Shown: in pieces, positions 1 through 10,009 of the stretch
Layout of the letters: each line of letters starts with the position of its first letter
How positions within the stretch are numbered: position 1 is the stretch's first letter
DNA from: Candidatus Delongbacteria bacterium
GTDB lineage: Bacteria; CAIWAD01
DNA length: 64,000 bases
Reading direction: 5' to 3'
NCBI GenBank assembly: GCA_963663545.1
Contig: OY760505.1
Location: 3,328,001-3,392,000, forward strand
Position numbers and translations under genes: made by a program
Notes under the pieces: model-generated
What the model saw: the letters and a program-made list of their open reading frames with translations, nothing else
What the model was told of the DNA's origin: nothing
The model's database searches: none

Positions 1-2123
1 GCGAGACCCACGACTCCTGGACGACGAGCATCGAAGCGCTTCGCCAGCATCAGATCGACCTGCTTCCCTGCCTGGGTGAAAGCGAGGAGCGCCAGCGCTT
101 TCTGGACTACAGTGATCCTTATCTGAAGTTTGCACGCGTCATTGTCAGTCGCATCGATTCGCCGGTCTCCAGCCTGGAGGACCTGGCCGTCTTGCGCGTC
201 GCCGTTCAACGCAACAGCTCACATCACGCCTATTTGAGCGAGCACACAAGCCTGCAACCGGAACTCTACGATACTTTTGAGGAGGGCCTGCTGGCCCTTT
301 CGCGAGGTGAAGTGGACGCGGTGCTGGGCAATCTGGCGGTGGCAACGCATTTCATCCAGAACCTGGCGCTGACCAATCTGAAGCTGGCCGCCTACGCATC
401 GCCGGAGCCGCAATCGCTTTCCTTTGGCGTGCGCAAGGATTGGCCGGAGCTGACTGCTCTTCTCAATCGGGCCTTGGCCTCCATCAGCATGCAGCAGCGC
501 AATCAGCTGTTGGCCAAGTGGCTGCCCCTGCCGCGCGCGGCCGACTCCGCCCTGGATCTGACGCAGGGGGAGCGCGAATGGCTGCTCATGCACCCGCGCA
601 TTCGCGTCGGCTGGGATTCCAACTGGGCGCCCGTCGAGTTTGTAGACGAGAATGGTGAGCCGCAGGGCATCTCCATTGAGCATCTACGCGCGCTGGAATC
701 CATGCTGGGCATTGATTTTGAGCTCTGTGAAGCGGACAGTTGGCAGAACGTATACCGACGTCTGCAGGAGCGCGAACTGGATATGAGTTCCTGTCTGGCG
801 GTCACTCCCGAGCGGCTGCAGTATCTGGATTTTACCGACGAATACTTGAGCTCACCGGTCGTGATGTTTGCTCGCGACGACATGAGCTATCTGCCGAGCG
901 TGGATGAAATTGCAGGAATGCGCGTGGCGGTAGTGCAGGGCTACGCGACGGAGGAATGGCTGCGGCGGGACTTTCCCGGTCTGGAGTTCAAACGCGCCTC
1001 GACCCTTACTGCGGCGCTGGAGATGCTGAAGCGCAGGGAGGTGGATGTTTTCGTGGGCAGCGTGCTGCCGGGCAACTACTATCTGTGCCAGCCACGCTAT
1101 CGTAACATCAAGATCGTCGGCGAAACTCCCTACGTCTACAAACTGCGCATGGCGGTGCGCAAGGACTGGCCGCTGTTTGCGCGCATTCTGCAGAAATCGC
1201 TGAACGCGCTGCCGGAGACCGACCGGACCTCCTTCTACCGCAAATGGGTCTGGTTGCGCTACGAGCACGGCTTTGACTACGCCCTCATTGCGAAAATCCT
1301 GGGTTTGGCCCTGCTGGTGATTGCGGCCTTTGCCTGGTGGAACCGTCGTCTCAGCCGCGAGGTGCGCGCACGCAAGGAAGCCCAGGCAGCTCTGGAGGAG
1401 CGCAAGCAAGCGCTGCGTAAAAGCTATACGGAGCTGAAGCAGCTGGAGGAGCTGAAGGAGAACCTGACGCACATGATCGTGCACGACATTCGCTCGCCGC
1501 TTTCCGTGATCACCGGCTCGCTGGACTTGATGGAGCAGAGTGGACAGGGAAGCAAGGAGGAGCTGGATGTGGCCCGGGTGGGCGCTCAGCGCGTGACGGC
1601 CATGGCGCAGTCGCTGCTGGATATCTGTCGCCTCGAAGAGGGCAGGATGCCCTTGCATCGTGTGGAGACAGATCTGTCCGCAGTCGTTCGGGAGGCGCTG
1701 CACGCCATGGAGACCCAGTCGCGCGTGGCCCGTGTGAGTCTGGCTTTTCTGGGTGGTACTCTGCAATGCAGTTGCGATGCCGATCTGCTGCACCGCGTGC
1801 TGGTCAACCTGCTCAGCAATGCCATTCGCGCCAGCGAAGAAGGCCAGCGCGTGGAGGTGCTCCTGCGCGAGGAGGCGGGCAAAGCCCTTGTTGAGGTGCG
1901 CGACAGCGGTCGCGGCATTCCGCGTGAGTTTCACGCCAGCCTGTTCGAGAAATTCAGTACCGCCGAATCCCCAGTCAACCGCAGAAGCTCGGTGGGGCTG
2001 GGGTTGGCCTTCTGCAAGCTGGCGGTGGAGGCCCATGGTGGCAACATTTCCGTGGACAGCGAGCCCGGCCGGGGCAGCGTCTTTCGCATCGAGTTGCCAG
2101 GTCCGGCCAAGGCAGGTGCGTGA
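1..2123 (+). CDS. Sensor histidine kinase with tandem periplasmic-binding (PBPb) domains, BvgS/EvgS-like; 5' end outside window
   Basis: Frame is open from position 3 (ETHDSWTTSIEAL...). Two PBPb-like domains, a TM helix, H-box HMIVHDIRSPL and G-box GLGLAFCK. Confidence 0.9.
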   Translation, partial: ETHDSWTTSIEALRQHQIDLLPCLGESEERQRFLDYSDPYLKFARVIVSRIDSPVSSLEDLAVLRVAVQRNSSHHAYLSEHTSLQPELYDTFEEGLLALSRGEVDAVLGNLAVATHFIQNLALTNLKLAAYASPEPQSLSFGVRKDWPELTALLNRALASISMQQRNQLLAKWLPLPRAADSALDLTQGEREWLLMHPRIRVGWDSNWAPVEFVDENGEPQGISIEHLRALESMLGIDFELCEADSWQNVYRRLQERELDMSSCLAVTPERLQYLDFTDEYLSSPVVMFARDDMSYLPSVDEIAGMRVAVVQGYATEEWLRRDFPGLEFKRASTLTAALEMLKRREVDVFVGSVLPGNYYLCQPRYRNIKIVGETPYVYKLRMAVRKDWPLFARILQKSLNALPETDRTSFYRKWVWLRYEHGFDYALIAKILGLALLVIAAFAWWNRRLSREVRARKEAQAALEERKQALRKSYTELKQLEELKENLTHMIVHDIRSPLSVITGSLDLMEQSGQGSKEELDVARVGAQRVTAMAQSLLDICRLEEGRMPLHRVETDLSAVVREALHAMETQSRVARVSLAFLGGTLQCSCDADLLHRVLVNLLSNAIRASEEGQRVEVLLREEAGKALVEVRDSGRGIPREFHASLFEKFSTAESPVNRRSSVGLGLAFCKLAVEAHGGNISVDSEPGRGSVFRIELPGPAKAGA

Positions 2124-2162
2124 GTTCGCTCAATCATCCAGGTTATATTCAAGGGAGGAAGG

Positions 2163-3191
2163 GTGCGACAAGTTTTCTTCTTTGCCTTGGTGCTGAATTT
2201 GATCTGCGCCGGACGGGCGTCGGCGGTGATGCTCGAGGCGTTTCAATCGGTCCTTTCCTACATGCTCCCGGGGGAAGGCCGCTGGGTGCCGGTGGACTTT
2301 CGCTGCGATAGCATGCAGCACGAAATGCACGAGACCTTTGCCCTCGCACCCTCGCATGCAGAGGACGCAACATATCCACGCATCAGCCTGCATTATCAAG
2401 AGTTTGCCAGAGAGCAGAATCCGGTGGAAGCGCTGTTTGCGCAAACCCGATCCCTCGACTCCAAGGGGGAATGCCTGCGAAGCTGGACCGGCAAGGGGGA
2501 GCGCTTTCTCTTTCTGGGCCTGAGCGAGATGGAGTGGCGCTATCAACGCGACGGGCGCAGTTTGCACGGAATCTGGGCCTGCTATTCGTGCGGCAAAGCA
2601 CTGTTGACCGTCTCTTGCGAAGCGGAGGCGGGGGCCGCTTTCGAGAAGCGCGAGGAGTTTGAGCGAATGCTGGAGAGCGTGCAGCTTCGTCCTCTGGACA
2701 AAGGCGGACGATTGCTGCTGGAAGGCGCTGTGCTGCAGCCCGGAGCCGAGGCAATTGCGCTGCATTTGGAGTATCAGCAACTCCAGCCCACCGATCCCTA
2801 CGGCTACTATCACCTGGCGGGTGTGTACGCCCTCATGGCGGAGCCTGACTTGGCTCTGCAGGAGCTGAATCGTGCCCTTGAGCTGTATCCGCAAATGCAG
2901 GAAGCCGTTTGCAGCCGCGCTCTATGCTACCAGATGCTTGGCGATTGCACTCGCGCCCTGCCTGACTACGCGCGTTGTCTTGAGCTGAACACGGACCAGT
3001 GTCACCACTTCTACAATCAGGCCTGTTGCCTTGCGGTCTCCGGCGAAGTGGAGCTGGCGCTTGTGCAGCTTCGTCAGGCATTGGCTTGCGGTTACGACAA
3101 CTGGGAACTGTTGGAGTCCGATTCGGATCTGGAACCCGTACGGGCGACGGAGGAATTCCTGGAGTTACAACAGGAGTTCCGGCAGCACTGA
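2163..3191 (+). CDS. Exported tetratricopeptide repeat protein
   Basis: Hydrophobic N-terminus, C-terminal TPR-like helices (YYHLAGVYALM, FYNQACCLA) and terminal SDSDLEPVR motif. Confidence 0.75.
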   Translation: MRQVFFFALVLNLICAGRASAVMLEAFQSVLSYMLPGEGRWVPVDFRCDSMQHEMHETFALAPSHAEDATYPRISLHYQEFAREQNPVEALFAQTRSLDSKGECLRSWTGKGERFLFLGLSEMEWRYQRDGRSLHGIWACYSCGKALLTVSCEAEAGAAFEKREEFERMLESVQLRPLDKGGRLLLEGAVLQPGAEAIALHLEYQQLQPTDPYGYYHLAGVYALMAEPDLALQELNRALELYPQMQEAVCSRALCYQMLGDCTRALPDYARCLELNTDQCHHFYNQACCLAVSGEVELALVQLRQALACGYDNWELLESDSDLEPVRATEEFLELQQEFRQH

Positions 3192-3240
3192 GGAGGATAC
3201 GTCCACTTGTGTGAGCCTAATGAGCTGGCGAATGTGCACT

Positions 3241-4272
3241 CTACATCAACCCGCTTAGCCCTTGGGCCAGCAGCGAAACCAGCGCCACCGCCACCCAGCA
3301 GGCAAGTCCCAGCAGAATTGGTCGTTTGCCGTTTTTCAGCAGCCGTCCAAGATCCGTCGACAGACCGATGGCGCTCATGGCCATCACGATCATGAAGCTG
3401 CCCGCTTGCACGGCGCCCGTCGACCAGCCCGTCGGAATCCTCAGCGTGGAATTGGCCACCGCCGCCAGCAGAAAGCCGATCACGAACCAGGGGAAAATGC
3501 GCACGAAGGAGTAGCCGCTTCCAGAAGCGGAGTCGGCCAGCGCTGTCCGCCGCACTCGTCGAGCTTCATAAAGGGCCAGCACCAGGGTAATGGGTACGAT
3601 CATCAGAGTGCGTGTCAGCTTGACGATGGTTGCCAGCGAAAGGGCTGTGGTGTTGCCCGCTGCCTGGCTCCAGGCGGAGGCGGTGGCGACAACGGAGCTG
3701 GTGTCGTTGACGGCGGTGCCAGCCCAAACGCCGAAACCCTCGTCGCTCAAACCCAGCATGTGTCCGAGGGCTGGAAAGAGGAAGACGGCGAGGATATTGA
3801 AGAGGAAGATGGTGGAGATGGACTGGGCCACTTCCTCGTCGCGTGCGCCAATGACCGGCGAAGTGGCGGCGATGGCGCTGCCGCCGCAGATGGAAGTGCC
3901 GACGCCGATCAGCACTGCTTCTCGCGCGGGAACTCGTAGCAGGCGTGCCATCAGCGCGGCCGTCAGAAAGGACGCGCTCAGGGTGAAGGCCATCACTAGC
4001 AGCGAACGTGCCCCTACGGCAAGCACCAGCGCCATTTGCATTTTGAAGCCCAGCAGGATGATCGCCCACTGCAGCACTTTTTTACTAGTGAAGCGCACGC
4101 CCGCGTCCAGCGATGGCCTGTGCAGAAAGGGCCGGACCAGCATGCCCAGCACAATGCCGAAGACCGCGCCGCCGATGAGAGGAAAAGCCGTGCCGCCAAG
4201 GGTGGCCACAGTCGCCAGCAGTGCGCTGGCAAACAGTCCGGGCAGCAGTATCGATGCAGAAGTAGTTTTCAT
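3241..4272 (-). CDS. YeiH family putative sulfate exporter membrane protein
   Basis: Multi-TM; GTSICGGSAIAA, GTAVNDTSSV and ATIVKLTR motifs; divergent from a LysR gene. Confidence 0.9.
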   Translation of the reverse strand: MKTTSASILLPGLFASALLATVATLGGTAFPLIGGAVFGIVLGMLVRPFLHRPSLDAGVRFTSKKVLQWAIILLGFKMQMALVLAVGARSLLVMAFTLSASFLTAALMARLLRVPAREAVLIGVGTSICGGSAIAATSPVIGARDEEVAQSISTIFLFNILAVFLFPALGHMLGLSDEGFGVWAGTAVNDTSSVVATASAWSQAAGNTTALSLATIVKLTRTLMIVPITLVLALYEARRVRRTALADSASGSGYSFVRIFPWFVIGFLLAAVANSTLRIPTGWSTGAVQAGSFMIVMAMSAIGLSTDLGRLLKNGKRPILLGLACWVAVALVSLLAQGLSGLM

Positions 4273-4362
4273 GCCGCATAGAATAGCGTTGGTGAACTAT
4301 TCTGTCCAATCATAAATTGGCATAGTTCTATTCGAATAATGCATAGAATCCAAGAGGTGGCC

Positions 4363-5247
4363 GTGCTTGATCCTCGTTTGCGTTCCTTTCTCGCCGTTTG
4401 CGCCGCAGGCAGTTTCAGTCGCGCGGCTGAGGTCGTGCATCTAACTCAACCCGCCCTCAGCCGTCATGTCAAAGAGCTGGAGCAGCGCCTGGGGGCAAAG
4501 CTCTTCGAGTACAGTCGCCGCACGCTACACATTACCGAAGCGGGTGAGCTTTTGCGTCGCTACGCCAGCCGGGCCGAGGCGGACGGACAGCGGACGGCGG
4601 CGCTGATTCGCGAGGGCGCGGGACGTTTTCCGCTTCGCATCGGCGCCACACGGACCATCGGCGAATACGTACTGCCGCGTCACATGGCCGCTTATCTGCG
4701 ACAGCAGCCCGACGCCGACCTCAGCCTGCGGGTAGACAACACTGACGCGCTGCTGCCAGCCTTGCGGGCCGGGGAGATCGATTTTGCTTTCATCGAGGGC
4801 GTCTTTGATCGCGAGGACTACGACACCGAGCTCTTTCTGCGCGCGGCCTTTTTTCCCGTTTGTGGGCAGGCCGATCCGCTTGCGACGGGCGGACCGCATC
4901 CGTTGAGCGAGCTGCTCGCTCGCAGGTTGATCGTGCGGGAAAAAGGAAGCGGTTCGCGCCTGCTGCTGGAGCGCACGCTGGAGGCCTCCAACCGTTATCT
5001 CAGCCACTTCAGCAGCGTGCTGGAGTTGGGCAATCTGGAGGCCATCAAGGATCTGGTCGCCGAAGGGCTGGGCCTGGCCTTCCTCTACGAGCAGTCGGTG
5101 GAGAAGGAACTGTCGGCGGGGCGCCTGTGCCGCATCGCCTTGGAGGGCTTTCCCGTGATTCACGACTATTCCTTTGTCACCCTCAAGGACAGCCTTTACG
5201 CGGAGCGCTACCTGGAGTTTCTGCGCTTCTGCCGGGGCGAAGCGTGA
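4363..5247 (+). CDS. LysR family transcriptional regulator (YeiE/CysL-like)
   Basis: HTH SFSRAAEVVHLTQPALSRHVKELE; GATRTIGEY and REKGSGSR; GTG start at 4363 after GAGGT. Confidence 0.9.
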   Translation: MLDPRLRSFLAVCAAGSFSRAAEVVHLTQPALSRHVKELEQRLGAKLFEYSRRTLHITEAGELLRRYASRAEADGQRTAALIREGAGRFPLRIGATRTIGEYVLPRHMAAYLRQQPDADLSLRVDNTDALLPALRAGEIDFAFIEGVFDREDYDTELFLRAAFFPVCGQADPLATGGPHPLSELLARRLIVREKGSGSRLLLERTLEASNRYLSHFSSVLELGNLEAIKDLVAEGLGLAFLYEQSVEKELSAGRLCRIALEGFPVIHDYSFVTLKDSLYAERYLEFLRFCRGEA

Positions 5248-5301
5248 GCACCGGACTTGTATTGATTCGGAAGTGAGCGGTCAAGCAAAGGTGGGGCGAG
5301 C

Positions 5302-7122
5302 ATGAATATCATCTGCGTAAGCGAGGAGCACCGCGCACAAGTGCGCCAGCTGCTGTGCGAACGCTGGGGATCGGCGCGAATTGTATCACGCGGACGCCTG
5401 CACCAGGCCGATCAACTTCCCGGTTTTATCGCCGTGGAGGAGCGTGCGCTGCTGGGCCTGGCGACGTATCACGTGGACGACGACGCCTGCGAGCTGGTCA
5501 GCCTGGACGCCCTGCGGCAGCGCAGGTGCATTGGTCGTGCTCTGGTAGAACGCGTTTGCGATATGGCGACGCAGGCAGGCTGCTGGCGGCTGTGGCTGAT
5601 TACAACCAACGACAACCTGGGCGCGTTGGCCTTCTACCAGAAGCTGGGCTTCGAACTGGTACAGCTGCATCGGGGCGCGCTGGAAGCGTCGCGGCGCCTG
5701 AAGCCCGAGATCCCGCTCTTGGGCGAAGAGGGAATTCCCCTGCGCGACGAGCTCGAGCTGGAGCTGTCGCTTGCTGCCCAGGAGGACCTGCTTGACGACG
5801 TTGACTACCTGCAATTGATCAACACAACTACCTCCGGGCCGCGCAACGATGTGACACCGATTTTCGAGGACGCTGCCGCCTTCGCGCACCTTGTGAAGGA
5901 TCTGGCCGCGCCCTTTCGTGGGCAAGCGCTGGAGCTGGTCGCAGGCATCGACGCGCTGGGATTCGTGCTGGGAGCCGCACTCGCTCGCGAGCTGAAGGTC
6001 GGCTTTCTGCCCGTGCGCAAGGGGGGCAAACTGCCGGTGGACGTGGACCGCGTCACCTTCGTGGATTATAGTGGCGAGGAAAAACAGCTGGAGTTGCGCA
6101 AGGGAAGTTTGCGTGGCGGCGAGCGTGTGCTGCTGGTGGATGAGTGGATTGAAACCGGCGCCCAGATCGAAGCGGCCATCGGGCTCCTTGAAGGGAGGGC
6201 CGCTGACATTGTTGGCGTGGCCACGATCAATCTGGATGTCAACAAACGCACGCGCGCTCTGCTTCAGCGTCGTCGAATTCATACACTTTTGACCGGAGGT
6301 GCCAGACGGGGGTCAGACACTGGTCTGACACGTGTCAGACCCCTCGCGCCACTTTTGTCTCGCCTGCAGGCCATCGCCGCCTCCCTGGCCAAACGCAAAG
6401 ACGCCCGCGCGTTGCTGGCGCTGGGTTCCGCTGGCCTGGAGCAGGATCGCCTGGACGAGTATTCCGATCTGGACTTCTTCGTAATTGTGGCACCTGGCGC
6501 AAAGGCCGGTTATCTGAAAAGCCTGGACTGGCTGTCGGAGGCGCACTCCATCGCCTGGTCCTTTGCCAATACCGCCGATGGTCGCAAGCTGCTCTTTGCC
6601 GACGGCGTATTCTGCGAGTTTGCCGTGTTTGAGGAGCAGGAATTGGCGCACATTCCCTTTGCACCTGGCCGCGTTCATTGGTCCGTACCCGATTTTGATT
6701 CCGCGCTGGCTTCGCCTAAGAACGAGCCTCCGCTTCCACGAGGCATGCGCGACTTCGACTGGCTGCTGGGGGAAACGCTGAGCAATCTCTACATCGGCCT
6801 GTGCCGCAATGCGCGCGGCGAGTCGCTCTCTGCATTGCGCTTCATACAGGGCTATGCCGTCGATCGTGTACTGGAACTGGCCGCGTTGACCTCCTCGCCG
6901 TCCGGGCAAGCAGACGCGCGCTGCGCCGTTGACCCCTTTGACGCCACACGTCGCCTGGAGACGCGGAATCCGGACCTGGCTGCATGGCTGCCCCGTTTTC
7001 TGCCCGGCTACGGTCGCAATTGCGAGGCTGCATCATCGATGTTGGAGTGGCTGCAGATGCGTTTTGAGTTGCCGGCCGTGATGGTAGTGGAATTGCAGGC
7101 GTTGATGGAGGAGTCCCGGTAG
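5302..7122 (+). CDS. Triple fusion: GNAT acetyltransferase + adenine phosphoribosyltransferase-like + nucleotidyltransferase-like domain
   Basis: GNAT WLITTNDNLGALAFYQKLGF; PRT GIDALGF...VRKGGKLP...VLLVDEWIETG; NTase LGS...DEYSDLDFFV. Confidence 0.8.
   Translation: MNIICVSEEHRAQVRQLLCERWGSARIVSRGRLHQADQLPGFIAVEERALLGLATYHVDDDACELVSLDALRQRRCIGRALVERVCDMATQAGCWRLWLITTNDNLGALAFYQKLGFELVQLHRGALEASRRLKPEIPLLGEEGIPLRDELELELSLAAQEDLLDDVDYLQLINTTTSGPRNDVTPIFEDAAAFAHLVKDLAAPFRGQALELVAGIDALGFVLGAALARELKVGFLPVRKGGKLPVDVDRVTFVDYSGEEKQLELRKGSLRGGERVLLVDEWIETGAQIEAAIGLLEGRAADIVGVATINLDVNKRTRALLQRRRIHTLLTGGARRGSDTGLTRVRPLAPLLSRLQAIAASLAKRKDARALLALGSAGLEQDRLDEYSDLDFFVIVAPGAKAGYLKSLDWLSEAHSIAWSFANTADGRKLLFADGVFCEFAVFEEQELAHIPFAPGRVHWSVPDFDSALASPKNEPPLPRGMRDFDWLLGETLSNLYIGLCRNARGESLSALRFIQGYAVDRVLELAALTSSPSGQADARCAVDPFDATRRLETRNPDLAAWLPRFLPGYGRNCEAASSMLEWLQMRFELPAVMVVELQALMEESR
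6296..6345. repeat. 50-bp palindromic dispersed repeat, copy 1 (inside CDS)
   Basis: Reverse complement matches 33539-33588 at 48/50; contains perfect 20-bp palindrome GGTCTGACACGTGTCAGACC (6322-6341). Confidence 0.9.
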
Positions 7123-7442
7123 GGCAGAGCAAAAATCGCCTGCCTGGCTTGGCTATTGCGATGGCGGAGAACCCCCCACCCTCCCCCTGCCGGGGTTAGG
7201 TCCGCTGCGGGTTCCGAGTTCCCGACTTCATCGCACATTCCACTCACGCGGCTTCCGCTGTCCTGTGCGGCTGACACATCCCTCAGGGCAGACCCTGTTT
7301 TCCTCTGTGCAAATTTTGCACAGCCTTCTTCTCTTGTCTGAATCAATCCTCTGTACTAGTCTGGAACTACACAAACCGCTAGGCCAACCTGCACTTCAAC
7401 ACGCCGCCTCGGATGCATTCATCAGCCAGAACAGGAGATCGA

Positions 7443-8969
7443 ATGACCGATTTATGCGCCGACGCTCGCTTCAAACGGTTGCTGGACAGCATGCTGGAGG
7501 GCTGCCAGATCCTGGATTTCGAGTGGCGCTATGTCTACCTGAACGATACCGCCACCGCCCATAGCCGCCGCACGCGCGAGGAATTGCTGGGGCGTCGCTA
7601 CATGGACCTGTGGCCAGGCGCGGAAAAGACTGAGGTTTTCGCGCACATCAAGGCGGCTCTGGAAGAACGCCAGCCTCACAGCATGGAAAACCGCTTTCAG
7701 TACCCCGATGGTCGCACGGGCTGGTTTGAGCTGCGCATTTCACCGGTGCCCGAGGGCGTTTTCATCATGTCGCTGGACATCAGCGCGCGCAAGGAGGCCG
7801 AAGAGCGTCTGCGCCAGAGTGAAGAGCAGCACCAGCAGATGCAGCGCATGGAGGCCATCGGCCAGCTCGCTGGCGGCATCGCCCACGATTTCAACAATAT
7901 CCTGGTGGTGATTCTGGGCAACCTGGAGCTGATGCTGGAGGATCTACCGCCCGAAAGTCCCTTGCGTGAGGATCTGGAAGAGATACAGCGCGCGGCCACA
8001 CGCAGCTCGGAGTTGACGCAGCAGCTGCTGGGTTACGCTCGCCGTCAGACGGTGAAGCCGCAGATTTTGGAGGCAAACGGCGAGATCCGCAGTACTCTAC
8101 GCTATTTGCGGCGCTTGGTGGGCGAGGACATTCAGCTGAGTTGGTCGCCCGGGTCAAACCTGCCGCTCGTACGTATCGATCCCGTGCAACTCAACCAGAT
8201 CCTGACCAACTTGTGCATCAACGCTCGTGACGCCATTGCCAATGTTGGAAAGATCGAAATCAGCACACGCTCCAAGGTGGTCGCGGCTGACGAGGTGCGG
8301 GCGACTCCCTGCGCAAGTGCTGGCGAGTATCTACTGCTGAAAGTGCGTGATACGGGTTCGGGCATGGACGCCCAGACCATGTCCCACGTCTTCGAGCCCT
8401 TCTTCACCACCAAAGCGCTGGGTCATGGAACCGGCCTGGGATTGGCCACTGTCTACGGCATTGTGCGGCAGAATGGCGGCTACATCTGCGTCGACAGCGA
8501 GCCTGGTGCGGGGACGACCTTCAGTCTCTATCTGCCCGCAGACAAGGAGGGCGGGAGCTCCCGAGTGATTCCGAAGCACACGCGGACCCAGTTTCGCAGC
8601 AGTGGCCAGGTCCTACTGGTAGAAGATGAGGAGAGCATTCTGCGCATTATCAAGCGTATGCTTGAGCAGCTTGGCTTTCAGGTTCTTGCCGCACCAGGAC
8701 CTGAACAGGCGCTGGAGAGGCTGGAGACGAGCACCGATGTACCGCGACTGCTGATCACCGATGTCATCATGCCGGGCATGACGGGACCCGCACTGGCCAC
8801 GCGCCTGCAAGAGCGCTTTCCACAAATGAAAACCCTATACATCTCAGGTTACACGGCCAATGTCATTGCCAAGCGAGGCATGCTGGCCGACGGTATTCAG
8901 TTCCTGGCAAAGCCCTTTACACGCGAAGCGCTTGGCGAGAAGATTCGCGAGGTGCTGGATGAGGTGTAG
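7443..8969 (+). CDS. Cytoplasmic PAS hybrid histidine kinase/response regulator
   Basis: PAS; AGGIAHDFNNIL; FFTTK...GTGLGL; receiver LLITDVIMPG; ATG at 7443 after AGGAG. Confidence 0.92.
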   Translation: MTDLCADARFKRLLDSMLEGCQILDFEWRYVYLNDTATAHSRRTREELLGRRYMDLWPGAEKTEVFAHIKAALEERQPHSMENRFQYPDGRTGWFELRISPVPEGVFIMSLDISARKEAEERLRQSEEQHQQMQRMEAIGQLAGGIAHDFNNILVVILGNLELMLEDLPPESPLREDLEEIQRAATRSSELTQQLLGYARRQTVKPQILEANGEIRSTLRYLRRLVGEDIQLSWSPGSNLPLVRIDPVQLNQILTNLCINARDAIANVGKIEISTRSKVVAADEVRATPCASAGEYLLLKVRDTGSGMDAQTMSHVFEPFFTTKALGHGTGLGLATVYGIVRQNGGYICVDSEPGAGTTFSLYLPADKEGGSSRVIPKHTRTQFRSSGQVLLVEDEESILRIIKRMLEQLGFQVLAAPGPEQALERLETSTDVPRLLITDVIMPGMTGPALATRLQERFPQMKTLYISGYTANVIAKRGMLADGIQFLAKPFTREALGEKIREVLDEV

Positions 8970-9140
8970 CTCTGCACGGGCCTTTTCGGGCTGTTGGAAC
9001 ATGTGACCTCTAGCTGCGTTCACTTGTGCTTCAATCTGCTTTGTTTTACCGTGATCCAACTCTTAGCTCGCAACGAGGCGTGAACTCTTGTGTGCTGTTG
9101 CCACAGAGTGCGGAAACAAATCAATGTCTAAGGAGAAGCA

Positions 9141-9881
9141 ATGGCGCTGCGTGAGGAGATGACACGCTCGGGAACCTGGCTGTTCCGCTGGAGAAGCTAC
9201 GTGCCACTGGCATTCCTTGCCCTGGTGTTGGTTTCGCTTCGCGAGTTCCACTACCTGGGTAACAGTGAACTGCTGGATCACATCTGGGAAGCCATTTGTT
9301 TGTCGGTTAGCACCTTAGGTCTGGTGGTCCGAGTGCTGACGATCGGCTTTACGCCCAAAAACACATCCGGACGAAACAAGAGCCGCCAGGTGGCAGACAG
9401 CTTGAACACGGACGGAATCTACTCCCTGGTTCGCAATCCGCTGTATTTAGGCAATTTTCTCATGGGACTTGGCGTTGCGCTGTTTGCCCACTTGTGGTGG
9501 CTGGTTGTCATCTATACCCTGTTTTTCTGGCTGTATTACGAGCGCATCATTTATGCGGAAGAAGAGTTCCTGCGCGAGAAATTTGGTCAGCGGTATCTTG
9601 ATTGGGCCGCGAAAACGCCTGCTATTGTGCCGCGTTTTCGCCACTATCGCAAAGCGTCGCTTTCCTTCTCCTTACGGAACGTGCTACGGCGTGAGTACAA
9701 TGGTTTTTTCGCAATGATTGTTGTGCTCTTTTCCATTGAAATAGCAGGTGAGCTCATCGCCTACCATCGTCTGGATACTGACGAAGAATGGCTGTGGCTG
9801 CTGGCCTTTGGCTTCCTCATCTGGATCACACTGTGGATATTGAAACGCTATACCCGGCTTTTAGAAGTTGAGGGTCGCTAA
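9141..9881 (+). CDS. ICMT-family methyltransferase, LmtA-like (lipid A phosphate methyltransferase), paralog 1
   Basis: WLFRWRSY, NTSGRN, GIYSLVRNPLYLGN, YYERIIYAEEEFL. Confidence 0.8.
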   Translation: MALREEMTRSGTWLFRWRSYVPLAFLALVLVSLREFHYLGNSELLDHIWEAICLSVSTLGLVVRVLTIGFTPKNTSGRNKSRQVADSLNTDGIYSLVRNPLYLGNFLMGLGVALFAHLWWLVVIYTLFFWLYYERIIYAEEEFLREKFGQRYLDWAAKTPAIVPRFRHYRKASLSFSLRNVLRREYNGFFAMIVVLFSIEIAGELIAYHRLDTDEEWLWLLAFGFLIWITLWILKRYTRLLEVEGR

Positions 9882-9925
9882 CTATCCAAAGGTCAAAGGA
9901 AGCCTGATTCCCCTTGAAAATGGAA

Positions 9926-9957
9926 CCCCCGGATGCCTGGGAAGAACATCCGGGGGC
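9926..9957. terminator. Hairpin between convergent genes
   Basis: CCCCCGGATG...CATCCGGGGG inverted repeat. Confidence 0.6.
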
Positions 9958-10009
9958 TTATCTGGGGAGGGTAGCTCGGGTTCAGGCGCGGGGGCAGCCT
10001 GAAGGCTCA

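Noticed and set aside
6322..6341. parS site
   Set aside because: Shares only the CACGTG core with TGTTTCACGTGAAACA; better explained as part of the 50-bp repeat.
7160..7260. c-di-AMP (ydaO) riboswitch-like GAACCCG..CTAACCCCGGCAGG on the minus strand
   Set aside because: 5' conserved elements are missing and there is no downstream minus-strand gene.
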